Shown piece by piece: positions 61,502 to 64,000 of a stretch of 64,000 nucleotides of DNA. The first letter of the stretch is position 1. Each line of letters begins with the position of its first letter. The DNA comes from Verrucomicrobiota bacterium. Its GTDB lineage: Bacteria > Verrucomicrobiota > Verrucomicrobiia > Verrucomicrobiales > DEV007. Location of the stretch: assembly GCA_045046875.1 (NCBI GenBank), contig JASFYY010000018.1, positions 12,886-76,885 of the forward strand, given 5' to 3'. The position numbers were made by a program, and so were the translations under genes. The notes beneath the pieces were generated by a model. The model saw only the letters and a program-made list of their open reading frames with translations, did no database searches and had not been told where the DNA came from.

Positions 61502-62473
61502 TTATAGAATATGCAAGCGGGTGAGATCCTGGATGTCGATGAGGCCAAGCGGTTGGTTGTTGTCATCAACGACCACGAGGTCATCGATGCGGTGATCCTC
61601 CAGTAGGGCGAGAACTTCGGCGGCGAGTTTGTCGGCGGGAATGGAGATCGGATCGACGGTCATGAAGTCGCTGACTTTGCAACTGGCCAGATCGTTTTGT
61701 GTCTGGAAAGCACGGGTGAAATCGCCTTGGGTGAAAATGCCGGCGAGGGACTGGTCGTCGTGGACGACGATGACGGCTCCGCTGCGGGCGGCGGTCATTT
61801 TTTCCAGCGCGGTCTTGATGGTTTCCTGTGGGGATAAAATGACGATGTTGTTGCCGCTGCGCATGATGTCGGAGGCTTTGGTGAGCAGGGCGCGTCCGAG
61901 TGAGCCGCCGGGGTGCAGTTCGGCGAAGTCTTCTTTTTTGAATCCTCGGGATTCGAGCAAGGTCATGGCCAGGGCGTCACCGAGCACCAGCATGTTGGTG
62001 GTGCTGGATGTGGGAGCTAGGTTCAGCGGGCAGGCTTCGCGCTCGACATGGATGTCGAGAGTGATGTCGCCGACGCGGGCGAGAGTGGAGTCGGCTTGAC
62101 CGGTGATGGAGATCAATGTCACGCGGCGACGTTTGAGATGGGGCAAAATATTGAGCAGTTCAGCGGTTTCTCCTGAGTAGCTGAAGGCGAGCATCACATC
62201 GCCTTCTTCGACCAGGCCGAGGTCTCCGTGTAGGGCGTCCTGGCAATTTAGAACAGTGGCGGTGGCGCCAGTGGAGTTCAGAGTGGCGGCGATTTTGTGA
62301 CTGATGTTGCCTGATTTCCCGACTCCGGCGATGATGATTTTTCGCTTTTGATCCAGTGCGTGACGCAGTGCTTCGATCGCTAGTCCGAAGGATTCGTCGA
62401 GGCGGGAGTGCAGATTTTGTAGCTCGTCGATTTCGAGTTGAATGACACGTCGTGCTTTTTCCTGGTAGTCCAT
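61502..62473 (-). CDS. kdsD: KpsF/GutQ family arabinose-5-phosphate isomerase (SIS + CBS domains)
   Basis: GVGKSG, HGDLG, SYSGET, EACPLNLAPTSST, HPGGSLG. Confidence 0.9.
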   Translation of the reverse strand: MDYQEKARRVIQLEIDELQNLHSRLDESFGLAIEALRHALDQKRKIIIAGVGKSGNISHKIAATLNSTGATATVLNCQDALHGDLGLVEEGDVMLAFSYSGETAELLNILPHLKRRRVTLISITGQADSTLARVGDITLDIHVEREACPLNLAPTSSTTNMLVLGDALAMTLLESRGFKKEDFAELHPGGSLGRALLTKASDIMRSGNNIVILSPQETIKTALEKMTAARSGAVIVVHDDQSLAGIFTQGDFTRAFQTQNDLASCKVSDFMTVDPISIPADKLAAEVLALLEDHRIDDLVVVDDNNQPLGLIDIQDLTRLHIL

Positions 62474-62506
62474 TCGGGTAACAAGTGCTATGTGCTGTAT
62501 TCAGCG

Positions 62507-63676
62507 ATGAGTTCTAAACCGGTAGTGGCATCATTTTGTGCGACGTTTTTGGCGTCGGAGATGCTGCACGTGTACCGGCAGATTGTGGGTCTGTCGAATT
62601 ATGAATCTGTTATCCTAACACAAAAGCGGATGCATGCGGATAAATTTCCCTTTGCTGAAGATCGAGTGATTCAATTGCCACGACCGAATGGTCTGCGGCG
62701 TGAGGCGAGACGGTTTTGGGGAAGTAAATGTAAAAAAGCCCCATGGACGATTTTTGACGGGGAGCGGAGGGAAATCGAGAGGGTATTGGATGAGCGAGGT
62801 GCCGAGCTGCTGCATGTGTATTTTGGGCATATCGGAATGCATTTGCTGCCGCTGCTGGAATCAAAAACGCGACCTTGTCCGGTGATCGTGAGTTTTCACG
62901 GAGCTGATGCAGGGGTGGATATGGACAAGGCGGCGTATCGGTTGGCGATGCAAAGGGTGTTTGCCTCCGCTGACCGGATATTGGCGAGATCGCAGTCTTT
63001 GGCGCAGGCTTTGCTTGAGTTGGGCTGCCCTGATGAAAAAATACGACTATCGAGGACGGGGATTCCGTTGCAGCAATGGCCTTTGGTGAAACGTATGGTG
63101 CCGGAAGACGGGCAGTGGCGCTTGGTACAGGCGTGTCGTTTGATCGAAAAAAAAGGCCTGGATGTGACTTTGAAAGTGCTGGCAAAATTACGAGAATCTT
63201 TTCCTCAAGCACGACTTACCCTGATTGGTGAAGGACCGCTGAGGGCAGAGGTTGAAGGTTGGGCTGAAGAGCTAGGATTGTCCGGAGCGATTGAGCTCAC
63301 GGGCTTTATTGGAGAGCAGCGGTTACGGCAGGAATTTGCTAAAGCTCACATTTTTATTCATCCGAGCCGGACGGGAAAAGATGGCAATCAGGAGGGGGTG
63401 CCAAACGCAATGCTTGAAGCAATGGCCACCGGTTTGTCAGTGGCCGCTACGCAGCATGGAGGAATTCCTGAAGCGGTGATAGAAGGAGAGAGCGGGCTCT
63501 TGGTAGAGGAGGGAGATTGGGAAAAGTTGGCTGAAAAACTGGTTGTTCTATTGAAGGATGAGTCGCGCTGGGAAGCGATGGGTAAAGCGGCGAGAGAAGG
63601 CGTGGAAAACAAGTTTTCCCGCCAGCAGCAGATCACGGATCTGGAGGAGATCTACCGAGAAGTGATCGGAGATTAA
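62507..63676 (+). CDS. Glycosyltransferase family 4 (WcaL-like)
   Basis: SFHGAD, RLIEKKG, EGVPNAMLEAMATG, HGGIPE; start at ATG 62507. Confidence 0.92.
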   Translation: MSSKPVVASFCATFLASEMLHVYRQIVGLSNYESVILTQKRMHADKFPFAEDRVIQLPRPNGLRREARRFWGSKCKKAPWTIFDGERREIERVLDERGAELLHVYFGHIGMHLLPLLESKTRPCPVIVSFHGADAGVDMDKAAYRLAMQRVFASADRILARSQSLAQALLELGCPDEKIRLSRTGIPLQQWPLVKRMVPEDGQWRLVQACRLIEKKGLDVTLKVLAKLRESFPQARLTLIGEGPLRAEVEGWAEELGLSGAIELTGFIGEQRLRQEFAKAHIFIHPSRTGKDGNQEGVPNAMLEAMATGLSVAATQHGGIPEAVIEGESGLLVEEGDWEKLAEKLVVLLKDESRWEAMGKAAREGVENKFSRQQQITDLEEIYREVIGD

Positions 63677-63774
63677 GCGACGATGCGGTCAGTAGCGTAG
63701 ATAATATGAGTGGAGTCAGACCCCAAGTTATTTTTTGCTTGTGGATTGGTGGTGGGGTTGATAGGGTGGTTTTT

Positions 63775-64000
63775 ATGAGAAAGACGCGGGAATTTTTGTT
63801 GGGTGAGGTGGGGCAGACGAATTATTATCATGTGGTGAGCCGGACGGCGGGGAAATACAAGCTGTTTGGGGATGATGAGAAGGAGGCTTTTCGCTATATC
63901 CTGATGCGGCAGTTGAAGTTTAGTGGGCTGCGGGCGCTGGCTTGGTGTTTTATGGACAATCACTTTCATTTGCTGTTGGAGGTGCCGGATAAGGAGGAGG
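63775..64000 (+). mobile_element. Y1 HUH transposase (RAYT / IS200-like), 3'-truncated by the window
   Basis: Own translation from ATG 63775: MRKTREFLLGEVGQTNYYHVVSRTAG...AWCFMDNHFHLLLEVP, carrying YHVxSR and the HUH motif MxNHFHLL. Confidence 0.85.

Noticed and set aside
63673..63969. 98-aa minus-strand ORF
   Set aside because: Antisense to the transposase frame, which has clear motifs

Overview
Bacterial chromosomal segment, most likely from a Verrucomicrobiota genome. This is inferred from a complete four-gene Verru_Chthon pilin-like cassette, DUF1592/DUF1552, DUF5069, PQQ-like propellers and a sulfatase. Housekeeping content: aspS-hisS, recF, tRNA-Phe(GAA), a full atpBEFHAGDC operon, secG, surE, psd, pssA, sufT, msrB, efp, a KdsD-type isomerase, and a fused lipid A acyltransferase-heptosyltransferase. 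Accessory or less explained parts: (i) a ~5 kb patch after tRNA-Phe with a duplicated tRNA 3' end, a possible primase-polymerase(AEP)-like protein, a stand-alone AAA ATPase, a WYL regulator and a vWA protein; (ii) an exported sugar-dehydrogenase / sulfocyanin-like / NHL cluster whose copper protein has His where the axial Met is expected; (iii) a cyclophilin-psd-DUF2868-DUF3482 GTPase operon; (iv) the Verru_Chthon cassette; (v) two dispersed intergenic repeat families (GTAG-type REP hairpins, and a GGAAGGCTGTAG motif sitting right after stop codons of convergent genes); (vi) a Y1/HUH (RAYT-like) transposase truncated by the right window edge and missing from the ORF track. No CRISPR array, rRNA or integrase was seen. 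All family calls come from motif recognition by eye, not from database searches.
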